In this document: in pieces, positions 1-9,686 of the stretch
How positions within the stretch are numbered: the stretch's first letter is position 1
Layout: every line of letters begins with the position of its first letter
Assembly: GCF_900232105.1 (NCBI RefSeq)
Contig: NZ_LT934425.1
Location: 1,020,001-1,052,000 of the forward strand
Reading direction: 5' to 3'
Length of the DNA stretch: 32,000 bases
Source: Candidatus Kuenenia stuttgartensis
GTDB taxonomy: Bacteria; Planctomycetota; Brocadiia; Brocadiales; Brocadiaceae
Notes under the pieces: model-generated
Databases searched by the model: none
Seen by the model: the letters and a program-made list of their open reading frames with translations, nothing else
Told to the model about the DNA's origin: nothing
Program-made: the position numbers and the translations under genes

Positions 1-151
1 CCGCAGCATCGCCATGTAATGTTTCACCTGTTTCGGGTATTATAGGAATTTGTCCGGAAACAAATACCAGATTGCCGGCCTTAATAGCCTGGGAATATGG
101 ACCAATTGCCGCAGGCGCAGCCTTTGTTGAGATTACCATTTTTTTCATTTA
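1..151 (-). CDS. ridA: RidA/YjgF-family enamine/imine deaminase, N-terminal part, truncated by window edge
   Basis: Reverse strand reads [49 protein letters not shown], typical of the Rid family N-terminus. Confidence 0.9.
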
Positions 152-527
152 TTTACTCTCTTAATTAATGAAAGATGTACACTCTGCGAAGATGTTAAAA
201 TCGGGGAGATGGGAAGCCCTTTTTATTCAAATAGATTTGCAAACAACACGGTTTTTTCATTGATTACACACGTCTTTTTTGCTTCAATCCTTCCCGGTTT
301 GTGTCTTCTGCTGAATTTAGCCCGGTAAGGTTAGGTTTTGTGCCTCAACCCAACCTTATAACTTACATAAACTTTGTGCGCAGAAGGCTCGTGTATATTT
401 CATTACGATTTTTCCAAATTTTTAATAAGTATATCTTTTTATCATGCACCGGTAAAAGTATTTTTTCTGCAAATGTGATTGTTTATTTCCTTTTATCTCA
501 CAATTAAGGTTTTTTAATTAAATATTC

Positions 528-1262
528 ATGCGTAACGTACGCCTTACTATTGAATACGAAGGTACTAATTATGCGGGCTGGCAATGGCAAAAAAACGCCA
601 TTTCGGTACAGGAGACCCTTACCCATGCAGTAAGGACCGTTATCCGGGAAGAGGTGGAAATACATGGTGCAGGCAGGACTGACGCCGGAGTACATGCCCT
701 TGGCCAGGTTGCCAATTTTAAAACGTATTCTGCCATTCCTGCAAAACAGCTATTACGGGCAATAAATTTTCACTTGCCACAAGATATTACAATAAAAGAT
801 GTTGCCGACATGGAAGAAGGTTTTCATGCACGATACAGTGCGACGTCTAAGGTGTACCGGTACACCGTGTTGAATGACTGGTTAAGAACCTCCCTGAATC
901 GTAATTTTTGTTATGTGTATGGCTTCCCATTAGATCTTTCTAAAATGATGACAGCGGCGCAATACCTTATCGGCACCCATGATTTTACTTCATTTACCAC
1001 AAAGGCCTTGGATAATAAGGACAGGATACGGACAATCAAGAACCTGGAGATTCAGAAAGAGGGGAAATATATTTATTTTGTAGTTGAAGCAAACGGCTTT
1101 TTATACAAAATGGTAAGAACGATTGTCGGTACACTCCTGGAAATAGGACGTGGAAAAATGGACGTCTATCTTATAAGAAAACTCTTAGAGACCGGGAACA
1201 GAGATGACGCCGGCCCAACGGCCCCTGCGAAAGGATTATGCATGAAAGAAGTAAAATATTAA
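528..1262 (+). CDS. truA: tRNA pseudouridine(38-40) synthase
   Basis: Intact 244 aa ORF with YEGTNYAGWQWQ, HGAGRTDAGVHALGQVANF and FLYKMVRTIVGTLLEIG motifs. Confidence 0.97.
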   Translation: MRNVRLTIEYEGTNYAGWQWQKNAISVQETLTHAVRTVIREEVEIHGAGRTDAGVHALGQVANFKTYSAIPAKQLLRAINFHLPQDITIKDVADMEEGFHARYSATSKVYRYTVLNDWLRTSLNRNFCYVYGFPLDLSKMMTAAQYLIGTHDFTSFTTKALDNKDRIRTIKNLEIQKEGKYIYFVVEANGFLYKMVRTIVGTLLEIGRGKMDVYLIRKLLETGNRDDAGPTAPAKGLCMKEVKY

Positions 1263-1403
1263 TATGTAGCGTCTGACCCGAATAAATGAGGTACGAAGTA
1301 CGCGAATTACGATTTAAATCGTAATTCGTAATTCGTAAAATGTTACGTTGACATAAATTTTAAAATTGGCTATAGTTATGTAGATTTTTGAAAGGACTTG
1401 CAG

Positions 1404-1730
1404 ATGATATCAATTGAAGATTTTTTACGGGTAGAGTTACGAGTTGCGGTAATAAAACATGCGGAGCCGCACCCAAATGCGGACAAATTGTTAGTATTAA
1501 AGATTGACGCCGGCGATGGAAACCAGGAAAGGCAGATTGTTGCCGGGATAAAAAACTATTACACCCCGGAAGAACTTATCGGAAAACAAATTGTTATCGT
1601 AAACAACCTTGCTCCCTCTGTCATTCGGGGCGTTGAAAGCCAGGGTATGCTGCTTGCCGCAAAAGATGCAGAAAAATTAGCAATCTTAACGACAGAAAAA
1701 AACGTTCAACCCGGTTCAGGAATCCAATAA
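1404..1730 (+). CDS. tRNA-binding (OB-fold) domain protein, MetG C-terminal/CsaA-like
   Basis: DFLRVELRVAVIKHAEPHPNADKLLVLKIDAG...RQIVAGI...GKQIVIVNNLAPSVIRGVESQGMLLAA is the classic tRNA-binding domain pattern. ORF track start is 1398; ATG at 1404 is also plausible. Confidence 0.9.
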   Translation: MISIEDFLRVELRVAVIKHAEPHPNADKLLVLKIDAGDGNQERQIVAGIKNYYTPEELIGKQIVIVNNLAPSVIRGVESQGMLLAAKDAEKLAILTTEKNVQPGSGIQ

Positions 1731-1784
1731 ATCGCAACAATAAATCCTAAAATCCTATTTTGCAGAAATATGGTATAGTGTTCT

Positions 1785-3498
1785 GTGCTGCAAGAATTAT
1801 ATATTTCCAATTTTGTATTAATTGATAAAGCAACCATTACGCTCAGTGAAAGATTAAATGTATTCAGCGGGGCGACAGGGGTGGGGAAATCTCTTGTAAT
1901 TGGCGCTTTACATTTTATTCTTGGCGGTCGTTTTACGCAGGACATTGTGCGAAACGGCAAAGATGAGGCAGTGGTGGTTGGCAAATTTTACCTGAAGGAC
2001 GACTCTTTGCTGGAGTATTTCAGGAAGACTTTGGATAACACAAACATTGATGAAGACTTCTCCTCCAAAGAAGCATCGTTCCAACGGACGTAACAAATGC
2101 CGATTAAACAATGCGCCTATCACATTGTCCATACTCAAAGAGATTGGACAATCATTAATAAACATACACGGTCAGCATGAACATGAAACATATATTGCAG
2201 GGAATGAACCAGTTGCAGATCCTTGATGATTTTGGCTGCATCTCCCCTCTCCGGGAAAAGTTTTCATCCTACATAAAAACAGATAAAAGAAAAGACCGCA
2301 TTGCTTGAAGGACTTAAAAAAAACCAGCGCGAAAGAATAGAAAAAACCGAATTATATGCCTTCCAGGCAGACGAAATAGATAAGGCGCAACTCGGGGTTG
2401 GAGAAAAGGAGGCACTTGAAAAGAAGAATGCCTTCTCATCAACGCCGAAAAGATATACAATGCCGTCTCATCATGTTATTCCCAACTCTATGAAACATCA
2501 GATGCCATGTATGGTACGCTAAAATCGATTGCCCGCGAATTACAATCGGTTGCAAAATTTGACGAAGACCTTGTAAAGGTCTCCGAATCATACAACCAAT
2601 CGCTTTACCAGATTGAAGACATTGCCTTTTCCCTGGGGAAATACAAGGAAAACTTCAGTTATGATCCACAAAAACTCTCTTCTCTGGAAGAACGACTGGA
2701 TACCATCAGAAAACTAACAGCAAAATACGGGAACACGATAGACGATGTTTTATCATACCGAAATGAAATAGAGGCAAAACTAAAACAACTGTCAGAGGAA
2801 GGGTCAAGCATTGAGAGCCTGGATGAGGAGCTGACGGCTACAACAGCATTGCTGAAACAAAAGGGCTGCGAATTAAACAAAAAACGCATCTCTGTGGCGG
2901 AAAAACTTGCACCTTTGATCGACAAGGAATTGGGGGATCTAGGTATTCCGCACGGCAGGTTTCAGGTAGAAATCAAATCTCCCTTCCTGGATGACAACGA
3001 AGGGGTCTCTATTTTAGAAACAAACAGTTCCGGGATATCGAACATAGATTTTCTTATTTCTCCAAATCCTGGCGAGAATTTAAAACCGCTAAGAAAAATA
3101 GCCTCTGGCGGAGAAATTTCCAGGGTGATGCTGGCATTAAAACACCAGCTTGCCAGGGTCGATAAAACACCCGTCCTGGTTTTTGACGAAATTGACGCAA
3201 ATATCGGGGGAAGGATGGGCGAAGTAATTGGAGAAAAATTAAGCAGCATTGCCAAATCACATCAGGTAATCTGCATTACGCACCTCCCACAAATTGCATG
3301 TTACGCTGACGAACACTGGAAAAGTAAGTAAATTGTAAAACGGGGAAAACATACTCCACCATTGAAAACATGGCCGGCGAACACCGTATAGAAGAGATTG
3401 CCGATATGATAAGAGGAGCGGAGAAAACGGACATCACCAGAAAACAGGCAAGGGAAATGCTGCGCGATGCAAAGAAAAAAAATAAGGCAGGAAATTAA
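1785..3498 (+). pseudogene. recN: DNA repair protein RecN, reading frame broken by several apparent indels
   Basis: Fragments MLQELYISNFVLIDKATITLSERLNVFSGATGVGKSLVIGAL; (other frame) NKCRLNNAPITLSILKEIGQSLINIHGQHEHET; LQGMNQLQILDDFGCISPLREKFSSY; ...VEIKSPFLDDNEG...SPNPGENLKPLRKIASGGEISRVMLALKHQLA...TPVLVFDEIDANIGGRMGEVIG; then GKTYSTIENMAGEHRIEEIADMI in yet another frame. Confidence 0.92.
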
Positions 3499-3627
3499 TA
3501 TCAGTGGTTTGCGGGCAGGCTTCTGACTTCTGACTTCTGATTCCCCGGTTCATACGGTACTATTAACGCATAAAAAAATACAGTACTATGATTAATATTT
3601 AAGGCATCATTTATAAGAAATTCTGAA

Positions 3628-4410
3628 ATGCAGGAACGTTTACAAAAAGTATTGGCAAGTGCGGGCATTGGGTCACGCCGTGAATGCGAAAATGTTATTT
3701 TAGCGGGCAGGGTAACTGTCGATGGTGAAAGAGTTACTGCTTTAGGCGCTACGGTAGACGCCGGGAAAAGCGTGATTTATTGTGACGGGATGCCGATCAG
3801 ACCTGAAGCTAAAATTTATTATCTGTTAAATAAACCAAAAGATTGTTTGTGCACAAATTACGATGAGTTAAACCGCCTAAGGGCAATTGATATAATAAAG
3901 AATGTCAAACAAAGACTCTATACCATTGGCAGGCTTGACAAGCAAAGCGAAGGGCTGATTATCATCACAAATGACGGAGAACTCTCCAATAAGCTGTCTC
4001 ATCCAAAATATGAGGTGAACAAAACATATTTTATTGAGATTGACGGATATTTATCAAATGAAACTATTACGGCATTACAATCCGGGGTTTGGCTGGCTTT
4101 TGGTAAACACAAACCCGTCAGAATAAAAAAAATGCATCGCAGTTTTAAAAAAAGCAGGTTTGAAATGATCCTCTGTGAAGGGAAAAACAGAGAAATACGA
4201 AGAATGCTCGCAGATCACGGGCACAAAGTAAGAACCCTGAGAAGAATAAAAATCGGCTCCTTATGCGACCCGGACTTAAAAGTAGGCAAATACAGGAAAT
4301 TAACTGAGCAGGAGATAAAAAGTCTTTACTCAATGACGGAAAAAAAACCTATTGAAAAAAAAAGTGGAAAACAACGATATGACACAGTTACAGCAAGCAA
4401 GAAAAAATAA
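3628..4410 (+). CDS. rluB: 23S rRNA pseudouridine synthase, RluB/RsuA family with S4 domain
   Basis: S4 domain MQERLQKVLASAGIGSRRECENVILAGRVTVDG and YTIGRLDKQSEGLIIITNDGELSNKLSHP; ends in ...EGKNREIRRMLADHGHKVRTLRRIKIG. Confidence 0.93.
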   Translation: MQERLQKVLASAGIGSRRECENVILAGRVTVDGERVTALGATVDAGKSVIYCDGMPIRPEAKIYYLLNKPKDCLCTNYDELNRLRAIDIIKNVKQRLYTIGRLDKQSEGLIIITNDGELSNKLSHPKYEVNKTYFIEIDGYLSNETITALQSGVWLAFGKHKPVRIKKMHRSFKKSRFEMILCEGKNREIRRMLADHGHKVRTLRRIKIGSLCDPDLKVGKYRKLTEQEIKSLYSMTEKKPIEKKSGKQRYDTVTASKKK

Positions 4411-5650
4411 TATAACAAAAGAAATGGCTGAGGTGGCAAGAATTGAGGGACTCGACCCTGAATATATAAGAGGGCGTATTGCCGAAGGGAAGATCGTCAT
4501 CCCCGTAAACCATAAACGGAATTCCCGTAAATTATGCGGCATTGGCGCAGGCCTAAAAACCAAGGTAAATGCCAATATAGGCACCTCGGCAGACTATGCG
4601 GACATCGACAAAGAATTAGAAAAATTACGTGCCGCTGAAGAAGCGGGCGCCGATGCGGTAATGGACCTGAGCACCGGCGGGGAATTAAGAACCATTCGAA
4701 AAGCAATCATAGAATCTGCTTCTGTTTCCATAGGCAGCGTGCCAATATATGAGGCGGCTGTAAATTCCATTAAAAGAAAGCAGGCGATTTACGATATGAC
4801 CGCACGGGATATGATCGAAGCCATACAATTGCATTGCGAGGATGGCGTTGACTTTATAACCGTACATTGTGGCGCAACAATGGGGGTATTAAAACATTTG
4901 CGCGAAGATAAACGTATTTGCGGCGTCGTAAGCAGAGGAGGAGCCTTTTTGGTAGAATGGATGATACACAATAAAAAGGAAAATCCATTCTATGAAGAAT
5001 TTGATGAAATATTGGCTATCGCAAAAGAATATGACGTAACCATAAGCCTGGGGGACGCCTTGAGGCCCGGTGCATTGGCTGACGCCTTTGACCGTGCGCA
5101 GGTATATGAGTTGAACGTACTCGCCGAGCTTACGCAAAGAACATTGGAGGCAGACGTGCAGGTAATCGTTGAGGGACCAGGCCATGTGCCGCTGAATCAA
5201 ATAACGCGCGCATGTTCAATTACAGAAAGAACTTTGCAAGGGAGCGCCATTTTACGTGCTGGGTCCCATTGTCACAGATATTGCTCCCGGTTACGACCAC
5301 ATTACTTCCGCCATTGGAGGCGCTATAGCCGCTTCTGCAGGCGCTGATTTTCTCTGTTATGTAACACCGACGGAACATTTAAGCCTTCCCGGCCCGGAAG
5401 ACGTCAGAACCGGCGTAATGGCTGCGCGGATAGCCGCCCATGCGGCAGACCTGGTAAAAGGGGTTAAATCTGCCTGGGAGTGGGACAAAAAAATGTCGCA
5501 CTATAGAAAAACAGAGATTGGGAAGGCCAGTTTAATACCTGTATCGATCCTGTCATAGCCAAAAAGATCCGGGAAAAAGGCAGACCAAAAAACGAAGATG
5601 TGTGTTCTATGTGTGCGGAATATTGCGTATTTAAACTGGGAGATGCGTAG
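4379..5650 (+). pseudogene. thiC: ThiC-family radical SAM phosphomethylpyrimidine synthase (BzaF-like paralogue not excluded), frame broken twice
   Basis: MTQLQQARKNNITKEMAEVARIEGLDPEYIRGRIAEGKIVIPVNH..., VNANIGTSADY, VHCGATMGV, VEGPGHVPLNQI; then shifted [46 protein letters not shown]; then shifted [34 protein letters not shown]. Confidence 0.9.
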
Positions 5651-6105
5651 GGATTTACGAAGTACGATTTGGGATTTGGGATTTGGGATTTTAAATCGTA
5701 CTTCTTAAATCGTACTTTGTACTTTGCAGGTTCAGGTTTGTAACCAGAACCAAACGTTTTATACCTTCAATCCCGCCTCCTGTTAGCAGAGCAAATGATA
5801 AATAAATTGTAACTATTCAGCGTAATTTATAACACACCTCTTAATCTCCTCTTGATAGAGAGGACTCACCAAATCCCCCTTTTTTAATCTGTACTACAAT
5901 CCATCAACTTCTTGTTTTTTATGCTCGTTTTTAAGCTGCACAAACGTAAGGCATTAATTAAATGATGCCTACGTAAAGTTTGGAGTATTGAGTTTTTGTC
6001 ATTTGAAATTGTTTTGTATTTAGATATTCGTATTTCGAATTTGGTGCGGCCAAAGGCCGCGCCAAGAAATCTGTGGTTTCTTTGTTTACACGTATGCCTG
6101 AATAG

Positions 6106-7171
6106 TTATTTCGTTAGCCCCAATTTTCTGTAAATAGTTTCAAAATCAACTTCTTTCTCTATTATTCCCGATGCATGCTGTATTTTAGACATATTGTTTA
6201 ATTGCGTGGTGTCTGCAAGTTTTTCGCATGTTTCGATGGTAGTTGCGGTGTCGGCGCGTACCACGATTACGGGTATGTTTGCTTCGTGAGCGCGGCCTAA
6301 AATAGAATAGCTCGGATAGAGGTCCCCTGTAAGGATTAGGCATTTCGTGGAAGTTTCAAGGGCAGCGGCATGAATATCACTGCGGTCGCCTCCCGTTATA
6401 ACCGCCTTGTCCGATATCTTTTTGAAGTGCTTGATGGCGCTTTCAAGGTTCATTGCCCCTATTACAAAATGTTCGATCAGCTCGTCGGCTTTTTCTTCGC
6501 AACAAAGGATTTTTCCATTAAGCGCGGTCACAATGTCCCGAATTGAAGTCGCTCTCAGCAAGGGGTCTCTTCGGATAATTCCCGAGTACTCACGCCATGT
6601 TTTGTTAAAAAAGGCTGGATGGTGTTTTTCATATATTCCAGTTTGGCGGACGGAACCAGGTTAAAAATACACAAGCAGTTTCTCTTTCAATACATTTGAA
6701 GCATAGAGGAAGCCGTCAAGCATTTCAATGTATGATTCGAATTTATCAACAAATATACCTTTGCGTTTACTTCGGTGATAAAATCCAATTCGGAAAAACC
6801 AAGGCATGTGCCGCAGGTTAACCTGCCGATGCCCCTGATAATCATGATGTCTTTGCCGGACGAGGCTATGTGAAATGCCTCCATTGTTTTTTCGCGAATA
6901 TTAAGATTTTCGCCTTTCACCAGGCGTTGTAACATATCTTCCGTAAATATAACGGGGCTTATGGACTGTAGCGGTTCGTTTACATCAAGCGCCCGGGAGA
7001 GGAAAACGGCATCCTCGTCGGTAAGCACATCATCCACAAAAACCGGCGAAAATCCGACAGGTTTAAAATAGCCGATGTTATACCCGTCTTTTTTCAACTT
7101 GAGACCAGGCCGGCGCAAATGAGATTTTTCCCGGAAAGGGGCGATAAAGATGCAATAAATAGAGGTATCAT
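6106..7171 (-). pseudogene. BioD/CobB-like P-loop plus DRTGG domain protein (phosphotransacetylase N-terminal-like), frame-disrupted
   Basis: Reconstructed MIPLFIASLSPLSGKNLICAG / LKLKKDGYNIGYFKPVGFSP...DEDAVFLSRAL followed by 6106..6561 ORF with VIGAMNLESAIKHFKKISDKAVITGGDRSDIHAAALETSTKCLILTGDLYPSYSILGRAHEANIPVIVV (DRTGG-like). GGAGG just upstream of ATG at 7171. Confidence 0.8.
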
Positions 7172-7309
7172 ATACCCTCCTCACCTGAAAGTATAAAAAT
7201 GTTGGAAAAATAAGAATGATTGTATAGTCAAACAAATATGTTTATGCAGGATGCGTTAAGCGATAGAAAATCCACTGTAAATATTATTGGTGGATTCGGC
7301 GTAAAAACC

Positions 7310-9454
7310 AACGCCCTAATCCACCATAATCGCAATTTTTCAATTTCCCCTTTTCGCTGCGCGAAGCATTTACGGCAATACGTACATCTATTGCAATGGC
7401 GCCGTCGCCTTGGGGAACACCACCAGCGGATTAATATCCATTTCGATTATTTCCGGGAAATCCTTCACCAGTTGGGAGAGCCGCAGTATATTTTCTACTA
7501 TTGCATCGATGTCAACGGATTTTTCACCGCGCACGCCTTTAAGAAGCGGAAATGCACGGATTTCCTGTATCATCTCTCTCGCTTCGTTTATGCCAACCGG
7601 CGCAATTCTGAAGGTTACATCTTTAAGCGCTTCAACGTAAATGCCGCCAAGCCCAAACATTATCAAATGGCCAAACTGTGGTTCATGTGAGACGCCAAGG
7701 ACGAGTTCCCTGCCGCCGGTAATCATCTGCTGTACCATAATGCCTTTTAGATCGGCTTCCGGCATATGGCGTCTTGCTTTTGCATGATGTCACTAAAGCA
7801 GATTCTTACCTCCTGTTCGTTTTTGACCCCAATAATTACACCCCCAATGTCCGATTTGTGAAGTATATCGGGGGATGAAATTTTCATCACCACCGGATAT
7901 CCCATTTCTTCTGCCGCCTTTACTGCGCCCGTCTCAGAGGTAGCGATAATGCTTTTAGGAATGGTAAAGCCATAGGTGGAAATCACCTGTTTGGCGTCTT
8001 CTTCGCTTAGATAGGCAGCCTCCTTCTGTTTCATTTGTGTAAAAATTGCACTGACACGTTCCTTTCTGACAATAAAATTCTTTGTTTCCGGCGCAGGTTT
8101 GCTTTGCCATAAAGTGTATTGTACATTGCCTCGATGGCGTAGATTGCACGTTCGGGGAAAGGGTAATTAGGCACTTCCTCTGACACATGATTTTTAGAGC
8201 ACTTTCAATTCTTTTGCGCGCCATAAAGGAAGTTGCAATGGTTTTGTCCGCATAACCTGCAATTTCACAGATTGCTTCTGCAGTTTTTTCTATTTCGTCA
8301 TTGCCTGAGGAGTGAGTATTGCAAGAATGGCGTCTACATTCGGATCTTTTATGACGTTTTTCTATAACAAGCCGGTAACGGTCTGATTTTGCGTCACCCA
8401 GCACATCTATGGGATTATATACATTTGCCATTGGCGGCAGGAAATGGCGCAATATTTCTATGGTATCTTTGGAAAATTCAGCCATCTTTAATGCGGACCG
8501 CTCTATTGCATCCGTCGCAATAATGCCTGGTCCTCCCGCATTGGTAATCAGGGCTACCCGCGCGCCTTTTGGCAATTGTTGAAAACTAAACATTCTGGCA
8601 TAATCAAAAGCTGCTCGATCGTATTAGCGCGAATCACTCCGATTGCTTGAATGCCGCATCAAACGCCCTTTCCGATCCTGCCAATGTGCCGGTATGGGAA
8701 GAAGCCGCTTTGGACCCGGCGGCAGTACCGCCAGATTTTACTACGATTAAAGGTTTCTTTTTCGTTATTTTTCCGGTGGTGGCAATAAAATCTTTGCCGT
8801 TTTTAACACCTTCCAGATAACCGAGAATCACCTTCGTGTTTTCATCTTCATACATTGCGTTAATGAGGTCTACTTCGTTAATATCTGCTTTGTTTCCCAT
8901 GCTGACAAACTTTGAAAATCCCACACATTCAACTACAGCCCCAATCCAAAATTGCGGTACACAAAGCGCCGGATTGTGAAAAAAAGGCAATATTTCCCCT
9001 TTCCGGCATATCGGCGGCAAATGAGGCGTTGAGGCACGATTGTGTATCTATTAATCCAAGACAATTCGGCCCCAGCAGCCGTATAGCATGGCGTGTTATT
9101 TTCTGGCAAAGTTCTTTTTCTCTGATAGCGCCTTCAATGCCGCTTTCTTTAAAACCGGCGCTGATAACTACAATTGAATCGATTTTCTTTTCAGCGCATT
9201 CGTCTACAATCTTTACCACATATCGGGCGGGTACGACGATAATCGCCATATCTATGGTGTCCCTGATATCTTTAAGTTTGCATATGTTCTTAGACCAACA
9301 ATATCTTCCGCCTTTGGTTTACCGGGTATATTGTTCCCTGATACCCGTATTGTACCAGATTTTTTACTATATCGTGGCCAACCTTGCCCTTTTCGCGCGA
9401 GGCGCCAATGACGGCTACCGTTTTAGGAGAAAAAAAATGTTTCAGTGTGGTCAT
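7310..9454 (-). pseudogene. ADP-forming acetyl/acyl-CoA synthetase (CoA-binding, succinyl-CoA ligase-like and ATP-grasp domains), frame broken many times
   Basis: Ordered fragments on the minus strand: MTTLKHFFSPKTVAVIGASREKGKVGHDIVKNLVQYGYQGTIYPVN; AIIVVPARYVVKIVDECAEKKIDSIVVISAGFKESG...RLLGPNCLGLIDTQ; TGKITKKKPLIVVKSGGTAAGSKAASSHTGTLAGS; VALITNAGGPGIIATDAIE; SEEDAKQVISTYGFTIPKS...GYPVVMKISSPDILHKSDIGGV; MVQQMITGGRELVLGVSHEPQFGHLIMFGLGG...FPEIIEMDINPLVV. Confidence 0.92.
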
Positions 9455-9686
9455 AGTCATAGTCCCATAGAATAATGCAGCATTTAAAACGCTCGTTTTC
9501 AAGCGCTGGCTTGGGAACGAAGATGAAAATAAGTTGAGGTTTTTATAATAATTTCTAAATAATTTCTACAGTCTACAGCCGGCAAATTGCAAATTGCAGA
9601 TTGCAGATTGTGGACTGTAGATTGCCGACTGCCGACTGTACAGTATTCCCCATTAATAAGGTAAGCAAGGGGTAGTTTCCCCCAAC

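Noticed and set aside
301-507. 68 aa ORF between ridA and truA
   Set aside because: Hydrophobic, no recognisable family, extends through AT-rich spacer; not supportable.
4100-4380. TPP riboswitch ahead of thiC-like gene
   Set aside because: The gene start overlaps the end of the pseudouridine synthase gene and I see no untranslated leader or recognisable TPP aptamer.
5245-5560. Programmed ribosomal frameshifting in thiC
   Set aside because: There are two breaks without an evident slippery-site plus stimulator arrangement, and similar breaks affect several unrelated genes.
7220-7690. 156 aa plus-strand ORF
   Set aside because: Lies opposite the ATP-grasp portion of the acyl-CoA synthetase gene, whose minus-strand protein fragments are convincing.
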